NCBI RefSeq assembly: GCF_018977255.1
Contig: NW_024704755.1
Coordinates: forward strand, 5,890,001 to 5,954,000
Length of the DNA stretch: 64,000 nt
Direction: 5' to 3'
From: Callorhinchus milii
Taxonomy: Eukaryota
This document shows positions 52,601 to 64,000 of the stretch, in pieces (position 1 is the first letter of the stretch; the number at the start of each line of letters is the position of its first letter). Below the pieces are notes generated by a model. That model ran no database searches. It saw only the letters and a program-made list of their open reading frames with translations, and was not told the DNA's origin. The position numbers and the translations under genes were made by a program.

Positions 52601-55600
52601 TCGAGACGTCTCATAAGTAAATGAAAGACAAAAAAAAAATTGTTTTAGTGTAAATAAAGAAAACACAATGGAAGGACAAAGGGTTTTATTTCTGACCTTC
52701 AAGCCACTGCTGTTTCTCCTCTTCACATGCATGAATGTAGCTGGTGTACATGTTAGCTGGGATCTTATCTGCTCTGCAAAAAATATATCCCTGGACTATC
52801 AGACTCATCTTAAACTCGCAGGATGAATACAAAAACCAAGCAGAATTGCCACTAAGAAGCACATTTCATGTTAAACAAGGAGACAATAACTTTGTAGTTC
52901 ATCAATCCTTTCAGTAACTGATCTAACACGTCTGTAACATCTACAACGAAACTGTAGTACAATTTCACGAGAGGCTGAATTATCATGTCCTTAAGTCCCA
53001 TCTTAAAACACTTTTTCATCAAATAATCTCTACAGGGATCTCGAGCGGATTGTTATTGATTGACCCAGGAGAAGACAGAATGGATGGCTGGCTGCAGTCA
53101 CCTGCTTCCAAGAACCTTACTGATACTCCTGAAAGTCAAATCAATCTAGACCAGCATGTTCAATACAACTTCCAAGACCTCCAGCCCCAGCCCTCCCAGG
53201 GATCTGTAAATCTGCCTCTGAGATTGCATCCCTTTGGCACCTGAATCCCTTACGACATAGATTAGATAAATGTAAATTCCTTCAGTTCCATCAACAATAA
53301 ACTTCAACCGAAACCCAAGCCTCGCATCCCCAACGTTTACTTCGCCCACCTTCATCCATCCAAATGGAGACGGTATTTTGTGCTAAAATTTGGGCACATT
53401 TTTGTTCTGTGGGATGATTGAAACCACACACAACTATTCCCATCCAAATCCCTTACAATAGGCGACAGAACAGAAGGTTCAGATTCGCTATGTTTCCCCC
53501 ATCCCCTGCTTTTCAACATCATAATTTCTGACTCTTCAATGTGGTCACTTACTTTTTCAGAGACTCTATGAAACCCATGCGCAAATCTGGTAATTGAGGC
53601 AACTGTAAATTAGAATACACAATCAGTCATAACAGATTAACATCGGACTGAAGGATAACTTTGATATTGCTCAAGTGCAAATAAGACAATAGAAAAGGTA
53701 CAAACCACACGTGGGGTAAGCAGAGCAGGTAGAAATCGGGACATGTAATATGGTCTTCGGAAAATACTGAAAGGGTGGTGGGGGTTGGGAGAGAAAGGTT
53801 AAAATTTGTTTTCATTGCAAATTGGAACATTACATTTGTCTACTGCAAAATTCTCGTTTACTCATTCAACAATCTACTGAACAAAGACAGATTTAAAATA
53901 CCAATGTTTTAAGGAATAACCTGAAATATGTTCGTTGTGCAGCAGGGAACTGGGAAACTTTCAAACTAAGATTTACCTAACTCAGTACAATTTGAAGTCA
54001 AGCTTATCCCCATTTTTAAATCAAATCACGTACATTCTGATGGGTTTCTTTATAAGCGTCAACATTTCAGCAGTAAATCATAAATCGGTAAAAAAAACAA
54101 GCATCAAACTATCAACATTGCTTAAAAAACCCCAGAGGAACATGCAGTAAGTACCTGGCCTCCATTATGCCGGCTGGGATCTTTCTACTGTTTTCAAACA
54201 GAACCAGAGCTTTCTCAACATCCCGCAGAGCTTGGAACTGCGGCTATGAATAAAGATTTAAATTCATCAGTTTGTTCCCCCAACAACAATAACAGCTTAC
54301 ATTTATATAGTGCCCTTCATGTGGGGTAGCACCTTTGTCGCATTTCAACTACACAAATATCATCTCGGAATGATTCATATCTACTTAGCAAGAAATCCAT
54401 TCCTTCCTGTGAGTATTCTAGAAGGATGAGCGAGATCAAATGGGCCGAAGGGCTTTCATCCAAACCAATCTTGTGACCTTGTGAATAATTTCACTGTCGG
54501 GTGTGTTGAGTTCACTACACAGCAATGACAAGTGAGAAGCTACACTGAATAATTAGGAATCAGTCTTTAAAAAACACCAGCCTTCCACAGACGTTAAAGG
54601 GTTGGATATGAGTTCTGCAACAGGCAATTTTCAGGAAATAATTTAATCATGGATTTAGCCACCGAGAAACCTGCAGAAATATGCAGGATGTCAAACACGG
54701 CAGAGACACAAGTTAGATGTAAGTTCTGGTAAATGTCGGTTCCTCTCCTGTGTATGTGGGATATTTTTCTGGGTATATTTCAGATTTAAACTGCCAATCC
54801 TCACCTGGTGACCAATTTCTGTACTAACCTCAGGTGGTCCTTGAGCAGCTGAGGGATCTTCGTACAGACCCATCTCCTCCACTGACTCCTAAAGCCAAAA
54901 AAGTGAGGATCTCAGATACAACACAGCCACAAGCAAAGCATCTGGGGAATGGATATTTTACTCTCAAGGTGACATTAATGCCAACCGTAAACAGGGAGGC
55001 AGTTTCCTGTTAATTTCTGCGCCCTAATAAAATGTGTTTTTACTAACCATATGGCTATTTAGCAATACTGTATTTTCATCAGACACTTTAAATATCTTAA
55101 TTATGTGTGTGCCTCCCTTCCCCCACCCCTTTTAAAAACAAAATTGAGGCATTTTGCATTATATCCATAAATAACAGGGGATTTTATCACTTTTCAGAGT
55201 GTATATTGGGTCAACATTTACAGAAAAGTACTTAATGAATGCTACTATGATTTTCTTTCTTAAAATGTGTCATAAGACAAAATTTCCGTACAAATGCCAA
55301 ACACAAACTGCATCTGCCGGCCGATTTGAAAACAAGCCAAGTTTGCGCTGTGCGTTTGCTGAGATGATGGACGGTTCACAGAGGCTGGGGAATATATTCA
55401 ACAGCAATTTACACGTGCATAGCATCTTTCATGTCGGTAGGACGTCTCAAAGCACTGGCTTCACACAGCTGACTGGCAGCGTTCCCACTGACCTGAAGAT
55501 CTAAAAGTCGCGTTTTCGCCAGAGAGATGTATTCCATCAGCAGCAATCGGTATTTTGGCCCCACATATGGTGGATACAACATGTGAATCTGGACACGAGA

Positions 55601-58600
55601 GAGAGAGAACGAGAGAGAGAAGGAGAGCTCACACATAGTCCTTCGACCACAAGAGAGTGCTATTGCAAAGAGGAAACGTTTCCGTGGTTTCACACAACCC
55701 AAAAAATGTCATTGCTTTTCTAGCTGTTTTTACAGCAAAGAAAATTAGAAGGATTGCAAAACATATGCCACATTAAATGTAATGATGGGGGTCTCTAACC
55801 CACAGGGGCGTGAGCTACCGACTGAGCTCCACTGACACACTGCGGTGGCAACCCACTGAAGTGACCCCAGGCACCTGCCAATCATGGACAGTAATCATCC
55901 TACCTTTAGGTACGGTGCCGGTTCAAAGGGGACCAGGTCTGTCAGGAACTTCAACAGGAAAACTAGAGCTTTCTTGCTGCCGCCGTGATAACTGCTCGGA
56001 GACCCGAAGGAAATCTAAAGAGGGGGAAAAGATTAAAGATTTTTGGCGGGGGGTGGGGGTTTAGCCGGGTGTCTGGCACGCTTAGAATCCCATCAAACTT
56101 GCTTAGGACTATCCAAATCCAAAAAGTCTTTAGTTTACAGGAAGGATAAGAGAACAGGAATAAATTTAGGAATTGGGTTTTTGTTTCTAGATCTTCAATA
56201 GGCAGGTGCTTTATTATTTTTGATTCCTAGTTTTTTTTTCTCTCTCTCATCTCGTGCAGATGCTGGTGAACATCTGCCTGGTCAGTGACCTAACCTTAAA
56301 TGCCAGCCACGTGAGGACAGGCTGCTGCGGGGAATTCAAACGAGCGATGCTCCTCTTAGGTTAGAGTTAAGTCACAGATCACTGCTCTGTACCAGGCTGT
56401 GCTGCTTCTTTACTTGGGAGCGATCAAGGTTGACACTGGGTGGCTCAGAAGTTCCGGGGTGCAGCTTCGAGTCCCTCTCACCCGGATTTCAGCTCATAGA
56501 ATGAATCTCCAGTGTCTAAAATCCAGCCAAATAATCCCTGCTTCATTGTGAAGTGGGTTAAATTGCTGCCCGAAATAAATGCGTAGCTCTCTTTCTAACA
56601 AGCACTCGGGCTGCAGATTTCACAATCAGACACAGCAGAGAGCGAGAGAGAGGATTAAAAGCAGAGGTGTTCTCACGAGCAGCATTTAGTGCTCCCTGGC
56701 TGCTACACACAGAATTTGGCAAAAAGGACCATTTTAATTCAGTGAAAGTCAGTGCAAACACAGGTCCCCAAGCCTGGTCCAGCACAATAATGTCCTACTT
56801 TCTGTAAGCTTTACCTGCGGCTATTTACCTCCCTCAGCAATTAACTCACAGGCAAAGTTGTGCAACACAAATTGTACCCAGTGTATTGAAAGACCTGCTT
56901 GCATCATTCTTTTCTTCCTGTAGATTTATCAGCTTGCTCACTGAATAACACTGTACTACATCACACAATAAGGCAGCCTGTCGGCCTGAGTTTTCCACTG
57001 CCCTTCATCTTATAGCTGCTCGAACGATCCTGCCAGAGCATCTCCCTAAGGCTAAAATCAATTCTTAGCAGCTTTTCACCACTTACAAGCCGGGCTGAAT
57101 CACATCACATTGTAAAGCTTTAGTCCCTCGAGGTGTGCAGGGAAACTGGCAAGGCAGACACAGTCGAATATTAAGTTTGCCATCATCCGCAAATCTGGAT
57201 ACTGATTTTCATCTAAAAGTTCCATTCTTTCATACTTAGTACAGTCAGGAGCGATACTTATTGCCCGATAGAGTGAGCTTACCTTGAACCATTCAGAGTA
57301 AGATATAAACACAGCCGGTCCCTCCAGTGATGCCTGGCGAGCCAGCAGGAAGGCAGTGATAATACTCTCCAACTCATAGCTCTCAAAGGCATTTATCAGC
57401 AACTTCGCCAACAGTCCTGCAAAGACACAACAAGCCACCTGCCATGGGTCAAAATGGATACAGTTGAGTGCTTGGACACAGCCACCCATTAAACAGATGG
57501 TTCAAATTGTTGAAGTCGTGCAATGCTGTACTCGTTCGCTCTTGCACAGAGCGAAAGTGTCCTGGTGAAGGCCGCTAGGTAAATGCAAGATGTTGTTGTT
57601 TCATACCTTTCAGATGCTGTTGGGTGTCTGGCTGACAGACCAACAGTGTAGAAACACAGGACAGCACGTTCTGCCAGTTAACCTCGTGGGTCTCCAAAAC
57701 TTGTCGCAAGTGAGCAGTCAGCTCCTCTGGGCCGAACAGTACAAACAGCTGCACAGAGAGAGAAAAGAGGCACAAACGATTAAAAGGCAACAGCACACGA
57801 ACAAACACAATAAAAGTTTAAGAAAATAATCCAAAGGCCACCAAAGTGTTCCCTCCGCTGCCGGGCGTGTTAGGTTACAGTAATGCGCTTTGGAGGAAAA
57901 CAAATAGAGACAGCTCCAGAGATCTTAGACATAGGATAATTGAAATTGTGAAATGCAGCGGAACAATGAAACTTGCTGGTGGCTGAAGCTCTGCCAAGTT
58001 TCAAAGCACTGGACGTTGAGAAGCGCTCAACGAATTGCTGCCGTGCGCAATTGGCTGCCGCGTTTCGCCCACAAAATATACGGTCAATTCACTTTCAAGT
58101 ATATTCTGTGAAGAGCTTCGAGACGTCTCGAAGACGTGATAAGGCGCTGTATCAAATGCAAGGATTATTATTATAATAATGTTACTTCCTGTGAGCTACT
58201 CATGCGCAGGAAGTGCCGCTGATGTCACTTCCATTTCAAAGTGATGTCAGCGATGATCCTGAAGTCAACCATTTCTTTGTGCTTTGCTGTAACTGAGATG
58301 TTGGACCCAGACCACCACATTATAATGGAGGTGTTCTTTATTTGAAAGACACCATATTTTGAGCAAATCTATTAACGAAGCAGTAATAAGCACTGACATC
58401 CTGTGCTCCACCCTCAAACCTCAGGGCTGCACTGATATGATGCAGCGCTTCATTGAATTAATGACCCATTACCTTTCTGTATAGAGTTGTCAGATGAGGC
58501 CACGTCTTGGCAAAGCACCAGTCTCTCTGCATGCGAATGGCATCTGATGCTATAAAAAAAAACAGATTTTTTTCCCCACCGGTGGTTCAGTAACATTTCG

Positions 58601-61600
58601 TCCATTTAAAGCAAATGTTCAAAGCACAAGAAGTGCTAGAACTAAATCTGTAATCACTGCTCAAAGACCACTGCTAGATAATGGCTAATGCTGTATAAAT
58701 CTACTCCACAGATAACAAATGGGAAGTACCATCCCAGACAGTGCTATGAGCCACAGATTTGAGATTCTACTGCCCGAGTTATTTATACATTCTAATTTAA
58801 GAAGGAGCCAGAATGGCAGTCTGGTCCCTGTACCAATGAGCTCCTGACCCAGACTTGGGAGGGAGGAAACCTGCCTGGGGTTTCTTTGCCTTCTCAGTCA
58901 AGCAAAGAACAGCATCACTTTCAACCGTAGAGAGGGGTCTACTTGCAGAAGCTGCGTAGCAGAGCAGGGGGAGTTAATCAAAAGAAACACGGGAGAGTGG
59001 GGGTGGGGGGACGGGGAATCTGCTTTGGCTAGAATGTAAGAGCCCAGTTTGAACTGCAGCATTTCCCCACAATATGAATTGCTTAGTCCAAGTCTGTTTC
59101 ATGCAACTACATGCAGGAATTGAATTGTTTGGGATCATGTTTGTACCTTCAAGCACAGGATTGTAGGTAAGAGCTTGCGTCAGAGTGTGACAGAAGAACT
59201 GTTTCAGTCTCTCCAGAGAAACGGTACCGTGGTATAGCCCCGTGTCAAACACACCCAGCCTGCAACAAGGAACCAGGGACATTTCAAAGGTAAATTCTAA
59301 TCATTAACTTTTACGTTAAGAATTTGTGAAAAAATATAAACATATTTTTCATTTCATATGTTGATGCTTTCTGCTTCAACCACAGAACAGCTGAAAAGGT
59401 ACGTACCAGAAATGAGTTGCTTTCTGATGAGAAGAGTCATCTTTTCTCTGCTGACACACATCATTCAACATCCCTGGTACAGAGAAAGGACATTTCAGCA
59501 GCAAATCTTTCCAAACATGCAATGCACCGACACAAAACCAGCGACCAGACACGTACAATACGCAAAGCCAGGGAAGTGAGATCTCAGGGGAATGTTGAAA
59601 ATATAGAAAACAATAAATACTTCATAATAAAAGAAATATAAGATTATTTTACTTCTATTTTCTCTCCATGTATATAAGGCAAGACATTCCTCTCGCCTTT
59701 AAAGATGGCGAATTCAACAACTTATACTGAACATAAGCTTCTACAGTAAACAGCAGAGTAAGATACTGAGTGTGGTACTTACATGAGAGCATTCTGTCCA
59801 GAATAGTAAAACACACCTAGCAGTAAGGAAAACAGTGAGATATCAGTAAAGTGGCATTATTCTGATATTACAAATAAATTTCAAGAGTACTTGAAATTAA
59901 TTTGAGGTTAGGTTTGAGATGCAAGCATTAAGAACATCCCCAGCAAAATGACAAGGAGAAGAAACTAAACTTTAAAGCATTGTCATCTAAATAATAGCTA
60001 CACAAATGCTTTGGCCAAGTGGAGCCTTTCTTTCTTTGAATCGACTTACAGAATCTATAGTCGGGCTCCCCTTTTGTTTTCTGAGCATGTCAGAGAAACC
60101 TCAACACTGTAATTACATCATTCCTTTCTTTAGTTCAGAGACAATGGCTTGTGGAATGTTTTAGAGCAGTAACAACACATTTGTGCAACCTCTTGAATCA
60201 GTGAAACTTATGGGCTTTAGCGTTCCGAGACACTAACCTGCCTGAAGGGCACTATATAACAATACAAAATTACATTTGTATAGAGCCTTTCATTATATAA
60301 ATGCAACTTGTTATATCTTACGCACTTATCTAGAAGGTCATGTGTGACACAGCGTTGAACATATGCTATTATTTAGATGACAATGCTTTAAAGTTTAGTT
60401 TCTTTTCAGGGCTTTCCCAATGGGGTTTTAGCCTTAGTATCACTCGTCATCATGTGTTTGCCTGCAGTGTCACCCCACGCTGTGGTTTCGTGTAGCTGGC
60501 ACTTCCTGACCTGTGGAAACTGAGGACTCTTAGACTCTGCAAAGCTCGATTCCTGAAATCCATTCCTCACCAACACCGTCACAATGTCTGAAAGGAAATA
60601 ACATTACCCAAAGAATTAAAAACAGACACGCAGTGAAACTCCTTCACTTGACGAGGAAGTTACTGTCAAAAGACACTCAGTAGAGATCAGTAATCTGATT
60701 ATCTGAGGAAAGTCTGATGTTAATCAACACTTGGACTGAACCTCAGATCTTCCAGGGGGGAATTGGAATGTTATTGGAATATTATATACTCACGGCCACA
60801 GGGTCACTTGCCTGTGTTGTAGTTATTTCTTAAGCGTTTCACAAAAAATAACCGTTTGTTATGATGGATACTATGATGCTACAACTATAGTTATTTTCAT
60901 ACAGGTAAAAAAATTATAGGTAGTGTTTTTTAATCCAGTGGAAAAAAGTGAATAAGGTATTCATATCATATCAACTTTCTGCAGTCAAAGCAGCCAATGT
61001 TTAACTGCATCAACAAACGGCACATGGCCTTGAACAGGGAGTCACCACTTTGACAGTTTTGGGTCCACATAACAGCAGAGCAAGGACATGAATCTTTAGA
61101 GCAAATGGCAGCTTCCCAAATCTGCAATCCTGAAATCTTAAAGTGTTCAAAGGTGTTTCTATAGGTCCTGTAGTTCAGTGGTTAAAGCACTCGCCTCGCA
61201 AGCGAGAGACCTTGGTTGGATTCCCGGCAGGGTGAAACCTTGGGCAAGTTTCCTTACTCCACACGCCTGATAATAATCCCTCAAGACAAAAAACAATAAT
61301 AAAATCAGTCATTTCAATCCACGACTGTTTTGTGGGACACTGCTGTGTGCAATTGGCTGCCGGGTTTCACCCACAAATATACAGTCAATTCACATTACAG
61401 CATATTCTGTGAAGCGCTTTGAGACGTCTCAAAGACATGAAAAGCGCTATATCAAATGTAAGGATTATTATTATTTTATGATTATTATTATAGGTTAGCT
61501 CACAGCAGATGTCTAGCTGGCATCAGGCCATAGGAGTTAGTGCTTCTGGGAAGATGCCACACAACGTTAAGACTCCTGACTGGGCAGAACGGATATAAGT

Positions 61601-63351
61601 TTCAGCAGGAGATAGCAAGCAGGGCGAGACACAATCAAGTAATCAGGCAAATGACTGAAATGTCTTCCCACTGTACCAAGCTGACTCGGCTTTGTTTATA
61701 TACATACACAAGTGAATTTTGTGCCTGTAGCAAAAAAAACCCTGGATTTTCCTTGCAAAATAGGGTTGTTCCCCACTGCGTTACAACATTATTGAGTGGC
61801 TTTTCCCCAGTCCCTACCTGACAGTATCTGCCTCTGGATATTACTGTTCTGTTGTTGATCTTCAGTCCCAAGACAAAGGTCACAGAGATCTTTGAAAAGC
61901 CAGTGTACCACAGCGGCAGCATCAGGGTTACTGTTCACAGAATAGAAAGTCAGCTCTTGCCTCCAGTCAGCTCAGCAGCATTGCTTTTCAACATCAGATA
62001 TTGATCTTAAAACCTCTCCTAATTATTTAAGTGTACATTCCTCTCTATAATTTCTTTTATTATTGTAACACTACACGATGCCCTGCTAGTTTCCACAATC
62101 TCTACACGCAGGTTAGGTTCGATAGTGTATTATTTTTGTAAAAATGTCTTACTTGGCGACGGTCTGTAAGGTTGGGGGTGAGGGGGAGTGGGGGGAAAGA
62201 GGGCAAAGGGAATAAAAAACAATCAGCAGAGGGAGGGTGGGGTGAGGTAAGGATCGAAACCGAGCTGAAGCTGGTTTATAACGAAGAGAGGAAAGGCCTA
62301 GGTGGAAGAGGATGAATAATGAGACAATAAGGCAAAGCAAACTGGTGCCAAAAAACATAGCGGAATCTCTTGTTTATGCCCACAAGCAAGCAGTGTATCA
62401 ATGTTGCATTAGTACCTGGCTATTCATTCACCCGGTTTCCCAGGCCTGTTGTATCATTGATTTTCCTTTTACCTCTATAATTACTCTATATTCCCATATA
62501 TCAGCTCACATTTCTCTTTGTACAGAATCGACCTCAAGACGCCCTGCATTTCCTGGATTATGACAATCTGAGCTGCACAACACTATCGCCCAACAGTAAC
62601 AGCAGCTTTCAGTAAGGACATTAGCTGTGTCTCCAGCTGAAATACCTCTGTACCAGCTCTTCAAGGCTCACAATGTTTTCCTTCTGCAAACGCCAGACTA
62701 TCTCCAGTATTGGTTGTTCCTACACAGAAGAAATAAAGATCAGAGGCTTTCTGTCAGCAACGGAGAAGCTGTCATATCAGTCAAGAACTCTCTTCTTGCT
62801 AATTTTTGCACAGCACAAAGCAACTACCTATCATCATCACTCCTTTCAGCCAACCGTACGAAGCTCTTCCACCCTTAGCTGATCACATTATACAACCCAG
62901 AGCTATGAACATCAGAATGTATCAGGAACATGATTTACATTCAAAATAAGCAAAGATAGATATAGAGCTTTGTTGATTCTTCTGAATGATGCGCGTAAAA
63001 AGAAAATACATTTCTGAAATGAGCATCACCCTAAATAAACAAGACTTTTATCATCTGGAAAACTTTTGAGAATTCTGCAAACCACTTGCTAAGGGCTGGT
63101 GGTGTTGGGGGGGGGGGGGGGGGGGAGAGTAAGGTGTTAAATGCATTATTGACTGATGGAATTATGTACGTTATAGAATTCCAGATAGGGGAACCAACAG
63201 ACTTATCCTTCATATACGCCCATTGAACCCCAATAATGCTAAACCCCATTCTCACCTTCGCTTTACAAATCTCTTGACTGAACTGTAGTCGGCTGAACAT
63301 ATTGGAGGATTGCAGGTCTTGCATGGTCTGAAGTAAACAGGTGAACTTACT
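40694..63351 (-). CDS. FANCA: Fanconi anemia complementation group A protein, 39 exons (equivalent to human exons 5-43); 5' exons are outside the window
   Basis: GT-AG exons on the minus strand: 63351-63256, 62719-62646, 61930-61818, 60587-60511, 59816-59783, 59473-59407, 59259-59147, 58549-58473, 57748-57607 ([20 protein letters not shown]), 57416-57283 ([20 protein letters not shown]), 56014-55904 ([13 protein letters not shown]), 55588-55493, 54888-54829, 54243-54155, 53766-53706 ([17 protein letters not shown]), 53602-53553, 52773-52697 (ADKIP), 52504-52400, 51845-51712, 51230-51160, 50983-50884, 50517-50318, 49881-49785, 49617-49447, 49048-48975, 48161-48033 (GGCGGDL), 47777-47687, 47241-47072, 46667-46562, 45842-45783, 45368-45264, 44964-44852 ([15 protein letters not shown]), 44287-44146, 43662-43600, 43209-43104, 42573-42498 (RLLPLAFY), 41936-41774, 41426-41334, 40801-40694 (DIDPEV..SEPDLL*). 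Confidence 0.95.
41500..41634 (+). mobile_element. SINE 3' half
   Basis: CTGCCGTACGCAATTGGCTGCTGCGTTTC..GAGACGTCTTGAAGATGTGATAAGGCACTATATCAAATGCGAGGATTATTATT. Confidence 0.8.
42393..42420. repeat. (TG)n microsatellite
   Basis: Visible TG run followed by TATATA. Confidence 0.85.
50655..50751 (+). mobile_element. SINE 3' fragment
   Basis: GCCCACAAAATACACAGTCAATTCACTTTACAG..GTGATAAGGCGCTATATCAAATGCAAGGA. Similar fragments lie at about 13652-13735, 43970-44075, 47580-47680, 48295-48410, 50185-50295 and 52565-52612. Confidence 0.75.
52100..52315 (-). mobile_element. CR1-type LINE 3' end (same family as 3390-3588)
   Basis: GAATCATAGAATCCTACAGCACAGAAGGAGGCCATTCAGCCCATCGCGCCTGT..CTCTTTGAAAGAACTATCCA is the reverse complement of the CR1 tail. 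Confidence 0.8.
58036..58180 (+). mobile_element. SINE 3' half, well preserved
   Basis: TGCCGTGCGCAATTGGCTGCCGCGTTTCGCCCACAAAATATACGGTCAATTCAC..GAGACGTCTCGAAGACGTGATAAGGCGCTGTATCAAATGCAAGGATTATTATT. Confidence 0.85.
59959..60404. repeat. Perfect 40-bp inverted repeat pair in a FANCA intron
   Basis: AAGAAACTAAACTTTAAAGCATTGTCATCTAAATAATAGC (59959-59998) is the exact reverse complement of 60365-60404. Confidence 0.9.
61164..61490 (+). mobile_element. Near full-length tRNA-derived SINE (tRNA-Ala-like head, Deu-like core, L2-type 3' tail with ATT repeats)
   Basis: Head GGTCCTGTAGTTCAGTGGTTAAAGCACTCGCCTCGCAAGCGAGAGACCTTGGTTGGATTCCCGG with A-box, B-box-like element and a CTCGC/GCGAG anticodon stem around CGC. 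Core TGTGGGACACTGCTGTGTGCAATTGGCTGCC. Tail TGTGAAGCGCTTTGAGACGTC..GCGCTATATCAAATG..GGATTATTATT. Confidence 0.85.
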
Positions 63352-63585
63352 CTGGAACAACATGAATGTGGTCAGTGCTCCAAACAAACATAGAAAAGAA
63401 GCACTTCCCATTTTATTACGTTACATCTGCTGCATAATATCCATCTGATTTCTTCTTTATTATGATGGGTGATGACCATAGTTTCCTAGATCACTCAGCA
63501 AAGTACTTTAACTAATATTGTAAGACAGTGGCAATATCAGAGGTACAGCGCCAGTTGTGTTAATTTAAAGTAAAATGTTTTTCAG

Positions 63586-64000
63586 GTCTTGGCCTGGCTC
63601 AGTTGATAGCTTGGAGTCAAAAGGATGTGGGCTTAAGAACCTCGTGAGTACCTAGAGTTTACAGCACCTTGGGACTTCCTTCTGACGTGAAAGGCATTAT
63701 ACAAATGTAATTTGTTGTTGTTGACACATCAATACTGGAGACAGCTGTACTGCCGAAAATGCTGTCCTTCAGATGAGACGTTAAACTGAGATCCTGTCTG
63801 TCTATTCAAGCGGGCATTAAAGGCACTGTTCAAAAAGAGAAGAAAGTTTCTCCCAGTGTCTTGACCAACATTTACCATACAAATTTGGTCATTCACTTAA
63901 TGGCTATTTATGGATATGGGCTGTCACGTTTACCTAAAAAATACACAGTTGTTACACTTTATTGTACAGAATAAATTCTGTAAGTGCTTTGAGATGTTTT
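63586..64000 (+). mobile_element. Degenerate SINE-derived fragments (tRNA-like head, Deu-SINE-like body)
   Basis: TGGCTCAGTTGATAGC A-box-like head; GCTGTCCTTCAGATGAGACGTTAAAC..GGCACTGTTCAAAA body; L2-like tail GTAAGTGCTTTGAGATG. Confidence 0.5.

Noticed and set aside
58810-58975. Possible ancient LF-SINE-like fragment
   Set aside because: Similarity by eye is too weak to call without an HMM search.
61164-61235. tRNA-Ala(CGC)-like sequence as a tRNA gene
   Set aside because: Imperfect acceptor stem and T-loop (GGTTGGATTCC), and it runs directly into SINE core and tail; it is a SINE head.
1-64000. CRISPR arrays, operons or prokaryotic defence systems
   Set aside because: The DNA is intron-exon vertebrate sequence; recurring ~100-150-bp motifs are dispersed SINE tails, not regularly spaced repeats.

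Overview
Vertebrate genomic DNA, most likely from a cartilaginous fish (inferred from the SINE/L2/CR1 repeat content and protein divergence). It carries four spliced genes: DPEP1 (+, complete, 10 coding exons, 16-7860/7935), NIP7 (-, 5 exons), ZNF276 (+, 11 exons, ZAD plus 5 C2H2 fingers) and FANCA (-, 39 exons equivalent to human exons 5-43; 5' end lies beyond the window). About 12.7 kb (NIP7, the shared CpG-island promoter and ZNF276 exons 1-5) occurs twice in tandem across an N gap. The copies have complementary 1-bp indels and the second starts at a HindIII site, which favours a haplotype/clone assembly artefact over a true duplication. The most notable signal is in the last DPEP1 exon: an in-frame TGA sits at the GPI-attachment region and is followed in frame by an intact 24-residue hydrophobic GPI-signal-like tail, suggesting readthrough-controlled secreted vs anchored isoforms, a recent nonsense allele, or a base error. 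Introns contain many tRNA-derived SINE, L2 and CR1 fragments. All exon coordinates were read by hand.
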